Positions 49,454-63,659 of a stretch of DNA of 64,000 nucleotides are shown here, piece after piece (the stretch's first letter is position 1; each line of letters starts with the position of its first letter). Made by a program: the position numbers and the translations under genes. Under the pieces are notes generated by a model. That model did no database searches. It was not told the DNA's origin and saw only the letters and a list, made by a program, of their open reading frames with translations. This stretch comes from Malacoraja senta (taxonomy: Eukaryota): assembly GCA_038087875.1 (NCBI GenBank), contig JAXLNO010000062.1, forward strand, positions 186,001 through 250,000. Direction: 5' to 3'.

Positions 49454-52400
49454 TCAATCTGCGAACACGTTCTCAGCCGAGCGGCCAGGCCACGTCTCCT
49501 TCTGCACCTTCACGGTGACACAGCCTAGCCAGCTGTGGCTAATCAGCATCGCCCCAAATATCTCCCACTTGCCATGCTCCTCGCGGTATGCCTCAATGGT
49601 GTCCTGGTACCTGAAGACATCGACAGCAGAGGGGGAGGGAGAGGTTAACCAGGCACACAGACCCAATCTCAATTATACCCTGACACCGACTCTGAACCCA
49701 CCTGGCACCTTGCTCCGTAACCCAACCTTGGCTTGATGCCAACTAGAGAACGGTCCTGAGCTACCATCTGCCTCATTGGGAACCCTCGGACTGTCTTAAA
49801 TCAGACTTTAGCTTACGCTGAACATTATACCCTTTATCTTATATCTGTACACTGTGGATATCTCGATTGTAATCATGTAGTCTTTCTGCTTGTGGATAGC
49901 ACGCAACAAAAAAGCTTTTCACTATGCATCGGCACACGTGACAATAAACTAAACTAAAACTAAAAGAGTTAGCACACGGATGATCGTTTTGGGTCTTCTC
50001 TTGCATCCTGAAATGTCGTCTGTCCATTTCCTCCACAGGTGCTGCCTGACCTGCTGAGATCCTCCAACGCTTAGACTAACTTGCTTTCTGAATACAAACC
50101 AACAAGCGAGTGGAACGCAGCCAGTCAGGCAGCATCTATGGAGGGAATACAGAGGATGTTTCAAGATGCAAATAAAAAAAATAGGTTCCTGTCCCAAAGC
50201 ACCACCTGTCCATCCCCTCCACAGATGCTGACTGATCCATTGAGTTCCTCCAGCACTTTGTGTTTTGCTTTCTCTTCTTCTCTGCTCTGAGAAAGTCTCT
50301 GGCTTGCAAGGTTACGGTTTCTCCTTCCATAGATGCTGCCCAACAGGCTACGTTTTTTCCCCGCAGAATTTTGTTTTTATTTCAGATTTCCAGCATCTGG
50401 ATTTTAAATTTGACTTTCAATTGCTAATGTAAATGCAATTAGATCCCCAACCCCCCCCCCCCCCCCCCCCCCAGATTTGAGAATGTTTTCATGTACAACA
50501 TGTTCTGATTTAATTGAAGAACATGCAAACAAAAGCTTTTCTCTTGAAGAAGGGTTTCGGCCCGAAACATTGCCTATTTCCTTCGCTCCATAGATGCTGC
50601 CGCACCCGCTGAGTTTCTCCAGCACTTTTGTCTACCTTCGATTTTCCAGCATCTGCAGTTCCTTCTTAATCACTTTTCTCTCTATCTCAGTACACATGAC
50701 AACATTAAGCCTAGATTCACAGCAACAGTTCCTCCAGTGCTTCAACCTGCTCTTGTGCAATAAAAATGTTTCAAGAGTAAACACTGGAATCAGAAAGGGA
50801 GAGGTATAGCTGAGCATCTTAAAAGGACCTATTTCACCCTGCTCATTCTCTCTTCTCCCCATCCCTGTTGGGGAGAAGATAGTGATGCTTGAAGGTGCGC
50901 ACCATCAGACTCAGGAACAGCTACTTCCCCTCTATTATCAGGCTTCTGAACGGTCCTTCCACAAGCGAGGGTACTGTCCGATTCACCTCTACCCCATTGT
51001 GGACATTGGACAATGTCTCTGGAACTGATGCGCTACAATGTCGAGGCCTATATTCTGCACTTTATCTTTCCCTTTGCGCTACCTATTGTACTTGAGTTTG
51101 ACTTGATTGTATATATGTACAGTATTATCTGATCTGACTGGACAGCATTTAAAACAAATCTTTTCCCTGTAACTCGGTACATGTGGCAATGATAAAGCCG
51201 TCCCGGCACGTCCTGGTGTCAATCCCGGCAGCGGAGGCACCTAATGGTCACAACCTTCCTCGCCGCCCATCACGTAGATGGTGCCGTCGATGACCGCCAC
51301 GCCCGGCCGCTGCCGCCGCTCGTTCATGGGGGCGCACATCGTCCATGTGTTGGTCCTGGGGTCGTACTGCTCCACCTTGTTAGTGTTCTCGGTCGATGCG
51401 TGCCAGCCGCCTGCAGGGTCAAACACCAGTCACTGCTTCAACTGCACTTTAATGATCATTCTGGGTGGGTTAGGCAGGTACGTATAGTTTAGTTTAGAGC
51501 TACAGCATGGAAACAGACCCTTCGGCCCATTGAGACAACACCGACCATCCATCTCCCGTTCACACTAGTTCTATGTTATCCCACTTTCTTATCCACTCCC
51601 CACACACTAGGGGCAAGATACAGAGGCTGATTAACCTACAAACCCACACGTCTAGAGCTGAGGGAGTGTATTCGTTGTCCATGATGAACTGGAATTCACT
51701 GGAAATTCACCGATTGCCTTAGATTTCAGTTGCTGATCTCCTTCTCCTGTTCTGGCCCTCTTGCACTTACTCAGGTTTGGTTTAGTTTAGCATGGAGATA
51801 GCGTGCTGTGGTACCTGGAGAGAGGCACTACTTCCTCTTCAACACTGTTGTGGCATAGTGGCGCAGCGGGTAGAGCTGCTGCCTCACAGCCCCAGGAACC
51901 CGGGTCCAATCCCGACTACGTGTGCTGTCTGTATAGAGTTTGTACGTTCTCCCTGTGACCGCGTGGGTTTTCTCCGGATGCTCCGGTTTCCTCCCACACT
52001 CCAAAGATGTGCAGGTTTGTAGGTTAATTGATAGAGAGACACACACAATCAGACTGAAGAAGTGTCCTAACCCAAACACCTCTCCATGTCCTCCAGAGAT
52101 GCTGCCCAACTCACTGTTACTCCATCACTTTGTGTCTTTCTTTCTGCCAGCCAGCACCAGCAGTTCCTGGTGTGTTTATTAGCAGGCTGTAGTGTGCTGC
52201 CCAGGGCTGCACCAGCTTGCCTCCCACCCCTGCACCCTACACCACACCCACAGCTCATGCCTTTATCTAAAGACACCGCTCTATGGGACTTCTCACCGAT
52301 GATGTAGATCTTGCCGTGCAGGATGCAGGCCACGGAGCCAGAGCGAGGGATCTGCATGCGAGTCACACTTGGGGTTGTAAACCTGAACCAGATTCATGCC

Positions 52401-52928
52401 GTCACCGTCCTCCAGAACGGCCCCCCCTGAGAGAGAGAGAGAGAGACTGTTAGACCCCGTGCACCCCACCCCCTCCCACCTCCTCACCCCCTCCCCCAAC
52501 CTCCCACCCCCTCCAACACAAACCGCCTTGTGGAGAGAGGCCGGGTCAGGCCTGGGCTAGACCCTCCTCCCACTCTCCCCCCCCCACTGCAGAGAGAGGC
52601 CATATCACCTCTGCCCACGAGGACCCCTGCACCCTCAAACCCTCCCCCTCCCCATCCCCTGTATCCCAGGTCACGTGGCAATAGCGGCCCAGACCTGTTC
52701 CCCGGATGCCGTGTCATGCTGTGCCGTGCCTTGCCTGCGGGCTTTACCTGCGATGTAGAGCAGCCCCTGGAAAGCCACCACCGCGGGGCTGGTGATGGCC
52801 ATCTGCATGGAGGCCAGGAAGCGCCAGGCGTTCGTGCTGGGGATGTAGCACTCGATGGAGGCCAGCCTCGAGCTGCCCTCCCAGCCGCGAGCCCACAGCA
52901 AACACAAAGCCGTCCAGCATGGCCAGGC
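49454..52928 (-). pseudogene. Kelch-repeat (KLHL-type) gene, last four exons: 52928-52748, 52426-52297, 51410-51241 and 49610-49454
   Basis: GT-AG introns with matching phases and kelch GG...Y.P....W repeats. Lesions: 4-bp insertion at 52887-52890, a frameshifting deletion in the second exon, and an apparent 4-bp insertion creating TAG at the end of the third exon. Confidence 0.85.
51855..52030 (+). mobile_element. HE1/V-SINE-type SINE (5' part) in a kelch intron
   Basis: gtggcgcagcgg...ggtttcctcccacactccaaaga. Confidence 0.8.
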
Positions 52929-52968
52929 CTGGCACAGAGAGGGGGTAGTGGGTCAGAGGCACAGTCAG

Positions 52969-54200
52969 CATGCAGCCCCATGTACACACGTGCAGGCACA
53001 CACCAGCCCGAGCACACACACATGTACACACAGCCCCATGTACACACGTGCAGGCACACACCAGCCCGAGCACACACACACATGTACACACTGCCCCATG
53101 TACACACGTGCAGGCACACACCAGCCCGAGCACACACACACACATGTACACACAGCCCCATGTACACCCATGCAGGCACACACCAGCCCGAACACACACA
53201 CACATGTACACACAGCCCCATGTACACCCGTGCAGGCACACACCAGCCCGAGCACACGCACACACATGTACACACAGCCCCATGTACACCCATGCAGGCA
53301 CACACCAGCCCGGGCACACACACACATGTACACACATACAGGCACACACTGCCCCACACGCACACACTCCCAAACACACACATGTACACACAGCCCCATG
53401 TATACACGTGCAGGCACACACCAGCCCGAGCACACACACACATGGGCACAGCCCCATGTACACACGTGCAGGCACACACTGCCCCACAAGCACACCCTGT
53501 CCCAAACACACACATGTACACACAGCCCCATGTATGCACGTGCAGGCACACACCAGCCCGAGCACATACGCACATGTACACACAGCCCCATGTACACACG
53601 TGCAGGCACACACCAGCCCGAGCACACACACACATGTACACACAGCCCCATGTACACCCGTGCAGGCACACACCAGCCCGAGCACATACACAAATGTACA
53701 CACAGCCCCATGTACACATGTGCAGGCACACTCCAGCCCGAGCACACACACATGTACACACAGCCCCATGTACACATGTGCAGGCACACACCAGCCCGAG
53801 CACACACACAGATGTACACACATACAGGCACACACTGCACCACGTGCACACACTGTCCCAAACACACATGTACACACAGCCCCATGTATACACGGTACAG
53901 GCACACACCAGCCCGAGCACACACACACATGTATACACAGCCCCATGTACACACATACAGGCACACACTGCCCCACACGCACACACTGTCCCAAACACAC
54001 ACATGGGCACACAGCCCCATGTACACACATACAGGCACACACCAGCCCAAGCACACACACACATGGGCACACAACCCCAGGTATACATTTGTGCACACCT
54101 TGCCCAGTACACATGCACACCAGCCCCACATGTACACACACGTGCACACCAGTCCCATGCCGTGCACACACCTGCCCCGCATGTACACACACACACACAG
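52969..54200. repeat. CA-rich minisatellite (~60-bp unit)
   Basis: Tandem cagccccatgtacacacgtgcaggcacacaccagcccgag(ca)n units. Confidence 0.95.
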
Positions 54201-54996
54201 CTCTGCAGACTGGGCTGCAGGAGACACCACCAAGCAAAACCATTCAATTTTCCCTGTCATGATTCAAGTTCACGATGGTGGAAAGTCAGTCATACAGCAC
54301 AGAAACAGGCCCTTCAGCCCAAATCGTCCATGCCAACCAACCTGCCCCATCTGAGCTAGTTCCATATCCCTTAACCTTTCCTATCTACATATCTGTCCAA
54401 GTGTCTTTTCAATATTGTTCTTGCATTCTAGTCCTTGGAGAAATAGTGCAACAGGCCAACAAGACATACATTGAAAGAATAATGGAGAGATATTGGAGAA
54501 AGACTTGGAATCAGGATTCAGTGAACAAGAGAGGCAATGAACTGCAGACGCTGGAATCCTGAGCCAAACACAAAGTGCTGGAGGAACTCTGCAGGTCAGG
54601 CAGCAACTGTGGAGGGAATGGGCAGGCGACATTTCAGGTCTGCAGAAGGGTTCCGACTCAAAGCATTGCCTATCTATATCCTCTAGAGATGCTGCCCAAC
54701 CCGCTGAGTTACTCCAGCGCTTATATACTGCCTTTATGTTGATACAATTCCCAAAGGAAGGTGAAAACACAAATGTCTTGAAGCCGCAATCTCCGGTAGG
54801 GAAGCACCGATTCGGGACTTACCTTCCAGAAGAGAGGGCCTGTACATCCGCAGCGGCGACTGTGGAGGTTCATGGCCCAGATCACAGGGGAACAATGGAG
54901 GAGAACTGACTGTACTTTGTGCCTTCCACCACAGTGAAGAATGCTGTGGTGGATGTTTGTGTTACATTTTATTGTGTATTGTGTGTTCTTTTTTAG

Positions 54997-55270
54997 GGCA
55001 GAGAGAGGGGCAGAGAGATGGGCAGAGAGAGAGAGGCAGAGAGAGGGGCAGAGAGAGGGGCAGAGAGAGGGGCAGAGAGAGAGGCAGAGAGAGGGGCAGA
55101 GAGATGGGCAGAGAGATGGGCAGAGAGAGAGGCAGAGAGGGGCAGAGAGATGGGCAGAGAGATGGGCAGAGAGGGCAGAGACAGGGGCACAGAGAGAGGC
55201 AGAGAGAAGGCACAGAAAGAGAGGGCAGAGAGGCAGAGGGAAGAGAGAGAGAGAGAGAGGCAGAGCGAGA
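54997..55270. repeat. GA-rich simple repeat (ggcagagagag)n
   Basis: Seen directly. Confidence 0.95.
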
Positions 55271-55279
55271 GGTGAATCT

Positions 55280-55710
55280 GGCCAATTCATTCATATGGGT
55301 AATATCTGACCAATCCTTGTGAATTTTTCCTGCTTGTGTAGCAAGCTATATTCACAGAAGGCACCAAAATCCTTGGCATGCTGAAGAATCAAGAGGCCAG
55401 TGAAGATGAGGAAGTAAGAGGAGGATGTTAATAGTAAAAGATATTGTATTGGTTTATGAGTCTGAAACCTGATACATCTTAAACATCTGATAATCTATAT
55501 CCCAGTTTGAAAAATATGCAAGGGATCACTGCCGTGTGGTAGCTTTTTCCAGGTCTAATGTCACTAAGAACCTTCACAATTGATCAAAGGCTGTGCTAGT
55601 ACATTGAAGACGATGGTAAATTTCATCAGAGTTATCTGATTTTCTGAGAGATTGCTCCTGAGATACAAGAAGTGATCAAAATTTTCCAAGGTCTAACTGT
55701 GAAGCTCAGT
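55280..55710 (-). mobile_element. Highly degenerate RTE-like LINE remnant
   Basis: Minus strand LENFDHFLYLRSNLS followed by IYHRLQCTSTAF in a shifted frame. Confidence 0.45.
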
Positions 55711-56238
55711 TATCAATGAACATGCTCCTTGGCCCAACTCTGACCAAGATTCCCATCTAAACTTGTCCTATTTGACCCATAGCCCTCCAAACCTTTCCTA
55801 TCCATGTACCTGTCCAAGTGCCTTTTAAATGTTGTTATTGTACCTGCCTCAATTGCCTCCTCTGGCAGCTCATTCCATGAACCCATCACCCTCTGAACAT
55901 AGAAGACTATTGGGCAGCTAAACTGCTTCACTGATTGATTCAGTGAATATTACCCTAGTTACTGAGTATAATTACTGCTTTCTTTGTTAAGGGGACAAAA
56001 CAAAATATTTCACATCTCCCTGAACAGGCAATCGGAATATCATTGTGATCACCATAATGCAGCACTCTCAGTACTGCACGACAATACTGGGAGCAAGATT
56101 CAAGATTCAAGAGAGTTTATTGTCATGTGTCCCTGATAGGACAATGAAATTCTTGCTTTCCTTCAGCACAACAGAACATAGTAGGCATTGATTACAAAAC
56201 AGATCAGTGTGTCCATATATACAATACAATACGGTTGT

Positions 56239-59200
56239 ATTCAATTCAATTCAATTCAATTCAATTCCTTTATTGTCATCTTGCAAGCAACGGTTGTGCA
56301 GTGCAAAACGAAAAGACATTTCCCAGGGAATACCGGAGCATCGCACATGACGTTTAAAACATTTCACACATAATAATAATAATAATAACAACACTAAAAC
56401 AATCCAGTCCCTGATGGAACAGTATGTTAAAATAGATACAAACAACGTTAAAATACAGTAAGACCAATCATAAACATGTCCGGGGTGGCTGATTTGAGTG
56501 GTCAGTGCCAGTTATTGAAGTGGCCAGTGCCAGTTATTATAGTGTCCATGCCAAGCCGCAGAATCAGGTGACTGTGAGTACAGAGTGGCTGTTTAGCAGC
56601 CTCACAGCATATGGCAGGAAGCTGTTTAGCAGTCTTGTAGTCCGGGCTTTGATGCTGCGATATCTCTTGCCTGATGGCAGGAGATTGAGGTGTATGTGGA
56701 GGGGGTGCATTTTGTCTTTGGCAATTTTTTGAGCTTTTTTCGGACAGCGGCTCAGGAACAGTTCTTGTACCGAGGGTAGGGAGACGCCATTGATCTTCTC
56801 TGCTCCCCTCACTACCCTCTCCAGAGCCTTCCTGTCCGAGCAGTTGCAGGTTGAGTACCACGTATTTAAACAGTACGTGAGTACAGACTCCACTGTACCC
56901 CTGTAGAAAGTCCTGAGGATGTTGGGGAGTGAGGCCTGTTTTAGTTTCCTCAGGAAGTGCAGTCGCTGATGGGCCCTTTTGACGGTCCCAGTGGTGTTTC
57001 TGGACCAGGTGAGGCTGTCCGTGATTTGCACCCCGAGGAACTTTATGCTCTCCACTCTCTCCACTGTGGCGCCACTGATGTTAAGGGGTGCATGCTTTGG
57101 CTGCGCCCTCCTGAAGTCGACAACCATCTCCTTTGATTTTTCCACATTTAGTTCTAGATTATTTTTGTCGCACCAGTCCACTAGTTGTTTTACTTCCTCC
57201 CTGTACATTGATTCGTCATCTCCGCTGATGAGTCCCTCCACTGTTGTGTCATCCGCGAATTTTATGATCACATTGTCCATGAATCTGGCCGTACAGTCAT
57301 GTGTGAGCAATGTGAGCACACAGCCTTGAGGTGAGCCGGTGCTCAGCGTGATCGAGCCTGAAGTGTTCTTGCCCACACGGACTGACTGCGGTCTCTGTCA
57401 GAAAGTCCAAGATCCAGTGACACAGGGTGGTGTTGAGGCCCAGCAGGGTTAGTTTCTCCACAGGTCTCTGTGGGATGACGGTGTTGAACGCAGAGCTGAA
57501 GTCAATGTACAGGATTCTGGCGTATGTGTTACTTTTTTCCAGATGCGTGAGCACTGTGTGCAGCATGGTAGAGATGGCGTCCTCTGTAGAACGGTTGGGG
57601 CGATAGGCAAACTGGAGGGGGTCTAACGATGAGGGGAGGCTGGCAGTAATGTGGGGTTTCACCAGGCATTCAAAACACTTCATTATTATTGGGGTCTGGG
57701 CGACAGGGCGGTAATCATTTAGGCAGGCCACAACTGGTTTCTTCGCTATTGGGATAATTGTACTCGTTTTGAGGCATGTGGGGACAATGGCTTGACTGAG
57801 GGAGATGTTATAGATGTCCGTTAGCACATATGCTAACTCCTCAGCACATTCCTTAAGCACACGTCCTGAGATGTTATCGGATCTGACTGCTTTCCACGGG
57901 TTGACCTTAGACAGGATTCTCCGTGTGTCCATCAGGTTTATGGTCAGTACTGGCTGGTCTGTTTGTATGCGGGGACTGGCTCTCCCCTTGGGTGTGGTGT
58001 TTGGTGCATCAAAACGAGCGAAGAAGTTCATCAGGGAGAGAAGAATCCGTGTCAGTTACCTGCTGCCTTGCCTTGTACCCCGTCAGTGTTTGGATTCCCT
58101 TCCACATCCTCCTGGTGTCTCCTGTGTCACAGAGGTGTCCCTGGATTTTTCCCGCGTAGGCACGTTTCGCTGCCCTGATTCCTTTTTCCAGTGCAGTCCT
58201 GCTAGATCGAAGAGCGGATGTGTTACCGGCTCTGTAGGCTTCATCACGAGCCCTCAGCAGTGAGCGTACCTCTGCTGTCATCCATGGCTTTTTGTTTCCA
58301 CGTGCAGTGAAGGTTTTCATGATGGTGACATCCTCGGTGCACTTGGCAATGTAGCTGGTTACAGTCTCTGCATACTCCTCGATGTTGATGAGGTCATCAT
58401 AGGATGCCGCTGTCCTGAACACATCCCAGTCAGTGTGCAGGAAGCAATCCTGCAGTGCTGAGGCTGCTCCCTCTGGCCAGACCCTGGTGTGTTTACTCTC
58501 CGCTCTGACTTGTTTCTGCCGAGGTCTGTAGGCTGGTGTTAAAAACACTGAAATGTGGTCCGAGTGGCCCAGGTGAGGGCGTGGGGCTGCCTTGTAAGCC
58601 TCTGGGGTGTTTGGTGTAAACCAAGTCCCAGATGTTCTCTCCCCTGGTCTCAAAATCCACATATTACTTGAATTTAGGAGCACCGTCTTAAGGCTGGTGT
58701 GATTAAAATCCCCGGCCACCACAATGAAGCTATCAGGATGTTTGGTCTGGAACTCACTGATGGCATCATGCAGAGCTCCCAGTGATTCGTTGGCCTTAGA
58801 ATTTACATTAGCACTTGGAGCAACATATACAGCCACAACGAAAACAACGGAGAATTCCCTCGGCAGATAGAAAGGCCGACATTTCACGATGAGGAATTCT
58901 ATCAGCGGAGAGCAGTGTTTCCCGGCTATCGTAGCGTTCACACACCAGTCCTTGTTTATGTACAAGCACAGGCCTCCACCTCGACTCTTACCAGAGCCAG
59001 CTGCCTCTCTGTCCGCACGGAACGATGTCATTCCCTCCAGCTGTATTGCTGTGTCTGGGACATTACCGTGGAACAATGATTCCGTGAAAACAAACACACA
59101 GCAGTCTCTAATGTCCCTGTATGTTGTTATGAGAAGACGCAGTTCGTCAAGTTTGTTGTCCACGGAGTGGACATTAGAGAGGAGAAGCGAGGGCACTGCA

Positions 59201-59395
59201 GTTCGAGTGGGGTTAGATGTTAGCCTGGCGCAGATACCTGCTCTTTTCCCCCGTCTCCGCCTCGTGTAAGATCCTGCTCTTTTACCCCGTTTCTGCCTCC
59301 TCTCGCACCGCTTGCGTTTACTCCTCCTCTTTCTCCTCTCCCGCCTCCACTTTCCGTTTGTATACCTTTCTGTGGCCATTGTGTTTGACTTTGTG
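56239..59395 (-). mobile_element. Second near-full-length Rex1/Babar LINE, nested in an older LINE 3' fragment (56095-56220 and 59441-59628)
   Basis: (TTGAA)n tail; ORFs 58009-59493, 57297-58031 and 56564-57376 with [22 protein letters not shown] and KFADDTTV. Confidence 0.92.
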
Positions 59396-62300
59396 TTTGA
59401 AATGAATTTGTAATATAATAATTTTAAATAATAATATAATATACCATTATATAAATATATACACACATGAATAAATATACTGATTAAGTGCAAATAACAG
59501 ATAATGGGCTATTAATGTTCAGAGATTTGTCCAAACCAAGTTTAATAGCCTGATGGCTGTGGGGAAGTAGCTATTCCTGAACCTGGTCGTTGCAGTCTTC
59601 AGGCTCCTGTACCTTCTACCTGAAGGTCGAAGTGTGTGGCCAACCGACCCTTCCTAATCAAAGGCAAGAATACTGCAACTGAATCGAGTGGACACTTAAT
59701 AAAGGTCACTTGTCTTTCCGTATGTTTGCAATGAAAACACAGAAAGGTTCGCCTGGACTATTGAAAGAATGAGGTAACACTTAAAAATGGCAAGATTTTT
59801 TTGATTACGTTATAAAAGCTTCACGATTAAAGAAAAAAGTTGCATCATCCGATGGGTGTGGCCATTTGAACATTTATTGGAGAATTTGAATAATTGTTTA
59901 ATTGGAATCAGGTTTCAAGGGTTTAGTCAAAGGTTAATTATTTTCATTAGCAGCTACCAGCAGAGATGCGGGCTGTAAACTCATTGTTATATTTTGCGAG
60001 AAGGTTCAGCTTTCAATAGCTAATGAGAAGTCTACTTTTTGTAGGATTTTTGTTGGAATTTAAAAATGAGTATGATTGGGGACATTTTCCCTGATGTCCT
60101 GCCTAATTCTGGGAGAGATTACCTGTTCTTTTTCTCATTGCCATTTTTGGGCATTCCTCCACAAAAAGTTAATATTTCAGAAGTATTTCATTAGCCATAA
60201 CTATTTCTGTGAAAGGGAAAGTAGAGTCATCGAGTCTTGCAGCGGAGAAACGGCCTCTTCAGCCCAACCTGCCCACACCGACCAACATGCCGCATCTGCA
60301 CTAGACCAACCTGCCTGCATTTTGCCCATATCCCTCTAAACATGTCCTATCCATGAACCTGTCTAAATGTTTCTTAAATGTTGTGATAGCACCTGCCTCA
60401 ACTACCTCCTCCGGCAACTCGTTCTATTCACCCACCTCCCTTTGTGTGAAAAAGTTACACTACAAACTATGAATATTTTTTAATTTTAGAATCTTAAACA
60501 TTATAATATTGTAAAATGATGAACAGCATTGGGGTGCAGCTGGTAGAGAGCTGCTGCCTCACTGACCCAGCAAAGTGGCTTCAGTCCTGACCTCTGATAC
60601 AGTCTCTGTGGAGTTTGTATATTCTCTCTAGATGACCTCAGGGTTTTCTCCCAGTGCTCCACATTACCCCCTGTCTCGTAAAGATATGGAGCTTGATATG
60701 TTAGTTGGTTGTGCAGAAGGAACTGTAGATGCTGGTTTAAGGCAAAGATACACAGAAAATGCTGTAGTAACTCAGTGGAGAGAAGGAATAGTGACGCTTC
60801 GGGTCTGTAGAAGGGTCTCGACCTGAAAAGTCATCTATTCTTTTACTCCAACGACCCTGTCTGACCCGCTGAGTTACTCCAGTTTTTTTGTGTGTATCTT
60901 AGGTTAGTTGGGTGATGGGTGAATGGATGGAACTGGGGGGTTAATAGGAATGTGGGGAGAATAAAAGCTGCGATTTGTGTGTAAATGATTGGCTGGTGAT
61001 TAGTGATACTATTCCTCAGTGCCCTACTTCCTTATTGTGTGTCCCTTTAACTCTATCATTAGTTCCCATTGGGAGCAACTTTCATCTAAAAGACTGCTTT
61101 CCTTTTTAGTGGTACCATGCATTCTGCTAGCCTCCGATTTCTGACAACACTTGATCTTGCGATTCAACTTCAAGAATAATCCAAGGTAAATATTTAATTA
61201 AGTCGAGAGGTTCAGGGAGCACTTATCAAACTGTTGGTGGAAGTGAATGACTGGTACACATGTTGGATACTTTTTATTTTACACTGGCTATAATGATTTA
61301 AGATTTTTTTGTCTGAAGTTGGTTACCTCTGCCAAATGTAATTAAAGCGGGGTCTATGAACGATAATGTTGACAGAAAGAGAAGGAAAGATTTAGTTTTA
61401 GTATCTTTGGGAAACAGTCATGACAGGGATTATTGAATTAGAAAATAAATGAAATTGATCTAGAAAATATCAACAAGATATTTTTTTAAGAGCTCATGAT
61501 CACCGTTTATTCAACAATTGTAGGCAGATTACGTAAATGGCTGAAACTCTATGGCATAAGGTGTGAACAATTTAGGTTAGTTTATTGTCGTGTGTACAGA
61601 GGTACAGGGATTGTTGCGTGCTAATCAGTCAGCGGAAAGATGGTTAGTAAGTGGGGAAGCAAAACAATGAGTGTTTGTGAGGACAGGCAGCACCAAATGA
61701 ATGGTTACAGAGAATATTTTAAAAGGCTAATGGAATATTGTTCTTTTATCTCAAGTCATCTAAAGCAGAGGGAAAAGTTACCATTAACAAAGCTTGGTTT
61801 GCCATTGTTCAGTGTACTGTTCAGTATGTGCTTAGCATTGTGGGGAGATTTGTATTACTTTTGGAGCGAGTGTTCCACATTTATCAGAATGATTCTACTT
61901 CTGAAGTAGTATGATGAAGGGTCTCGACCCGAAAGGTCACCCATTCCTTCTCCAGAGATGCTGCCTGACCCGCTGAGTTACTCCAGCGTTTTGTGCCTAA
62001 TCTTTGATTATAAATTGTAAGCTCATGTTACATGGAGAAAACCTGTAGCCAGTAAAAAGGAACAGAAGGATTCTAGTGATCAATTGGAGGTGTTCAACAT
62101 CCTTGAGGAATTAGAATCTGACAAAGAAAATATTTCCTCTGGTTTCCAGAACAAGTTGTCACATGGAACTGGGGATACCAATTGGCCATTAGATTTGGAG
62201 ATTATCCAGGAGTTTACAGAATTATGTGGATTGTTATGTTTAACTAAAGTGAGAACCAGTCTTCAAGAACAAACCCCTGTTAACAATTTAACTTCCACAG

Positions 62301-63112
62301 AAACTTAAAAGCTATTGAAACCAATAATTGGGTGTGGTACCAGGATAGACTCAAAGCGCTGGAGTAACTCAGCTGGTCAGGTGGAATCTCTGGAGAAAAT
62401 GGATAGGTGACGTTTCAGGTCGGGACCCTTCCTTGGACTGAGCTACTCCAGCACTTTGTGTCTAACTCTGGTATAAACCAGCATCTCACGTTCCTCCTCA
62501 TTACAGACACAAAGTGCTGGAATTATTCAGTGGGTCAGGCAGCATCTCAAAAGAAAAATGGATAGGTGATGTTTTGGGTTGGGACCCTTCGTCACCCAAT
62601 GAACTCCTTTTTTCCCAGAGATGCTGCTTGACTTACTGAGTTACTCCAGCACTTTGTGTCATACCTTTGTTATAAGCCAGCATCTGCAGTTCTTTGTTTC
62701 TACATTGTTATTCCATATTGGGTGAGGGACATTCTTATTCTGTACCACGGTGACAAATGAACGTTTGTGCCAATCGACCCTAGTGATGAGGTCACCATAA
62801 ACAACAATGAAGGAATGGACGAGACAGACTGTTGGCGAGGCAGCCATTGCTGGCGCCACCTGGTGGATATGATATGTATAATAGTACATTGTAGATGAAT
62901 GCAATGAAAACCATACATGTACAACAGACTGATCGAAGAGAAATTACCAGTGTGCAGAATATGGGGTGTTTTCAGCAAGGTGGCGTAATAGTTCCAGAGA
63001 ACTGTCTAATCTAATGAGGTATGTTGAGAGGATCAGTACTATAACTTAGATAGACACAAAATGCTGGAGTAACTCAGCGGGACAGGCAGTATCTCTGGAG
63101 AAAAGGAATGGT

Positions 63113-63140
63113 GACGTTTCTGGTCGGGACCCTTCTTCAG
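63113..63140 (-). ncRNA. Minimal hammerhead core in a Penelope-type repeat
   Basis: Minus strand CTGAAGAAGGGTCCCGACCAGAAACGTC. Confidence 0.5.
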
Positions 63141-63659
63141 TACGAGACCCCAGTTTGGGGAAGAACTGTTTTAGCAATTGGTGTACAGTTATAAGAGAGA
63201 ACCATAGTACATATCCAGAATTGACTTTTGTTCAATACTGATAAAAGTCAGAAGTTGTTATCTTTGCGACCCTGTGAAACTTCCTCGATTATTTCCTAAA
63301 GCGCCTTTCTATCAATGCCCTTGTCATTTTATTCCTGTTTCCGGAGGACACCTCAAGTTACATTCGAAGATTCCTCTTAAAACCAGGTTCAAAGCCATGA
63401 CATCATATAAATAACCGACTGTGTTCCCCTATCTTTGACGAAAAAATAATAAAAAGGTGCACCCTTCACAAATTAATCTCCTCCCGACTTGTTTGTTTTG
63501 TTGACGAGAGCGAGCGATTCCGAAATCTCTCGGCAAGCGCGTTGTGTATCTTATCGGGCATCCGGATGGCATTATCCGTGCAGTCTGACAATTCATAGTT
63601 ATTTGCCACTTAAAAGAACCGATTCAATCAGTGCAGGGGCAGCAGTAACAAGGGCTCAC

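Noticed and set aside
52484..54359. Six long ORFs (430-609 aa) rich in Cys/Val or His/Thr
   Set aside because: They arise from a stop-free CA-rich minisatellite that is open in all frames. Only the embedded kelch exon is real coding sequence.
54721..55322. Arg/Glu and Leu/Ser repeat ORFs
   Set aside because: Translation of a GA-rich simple repeat.
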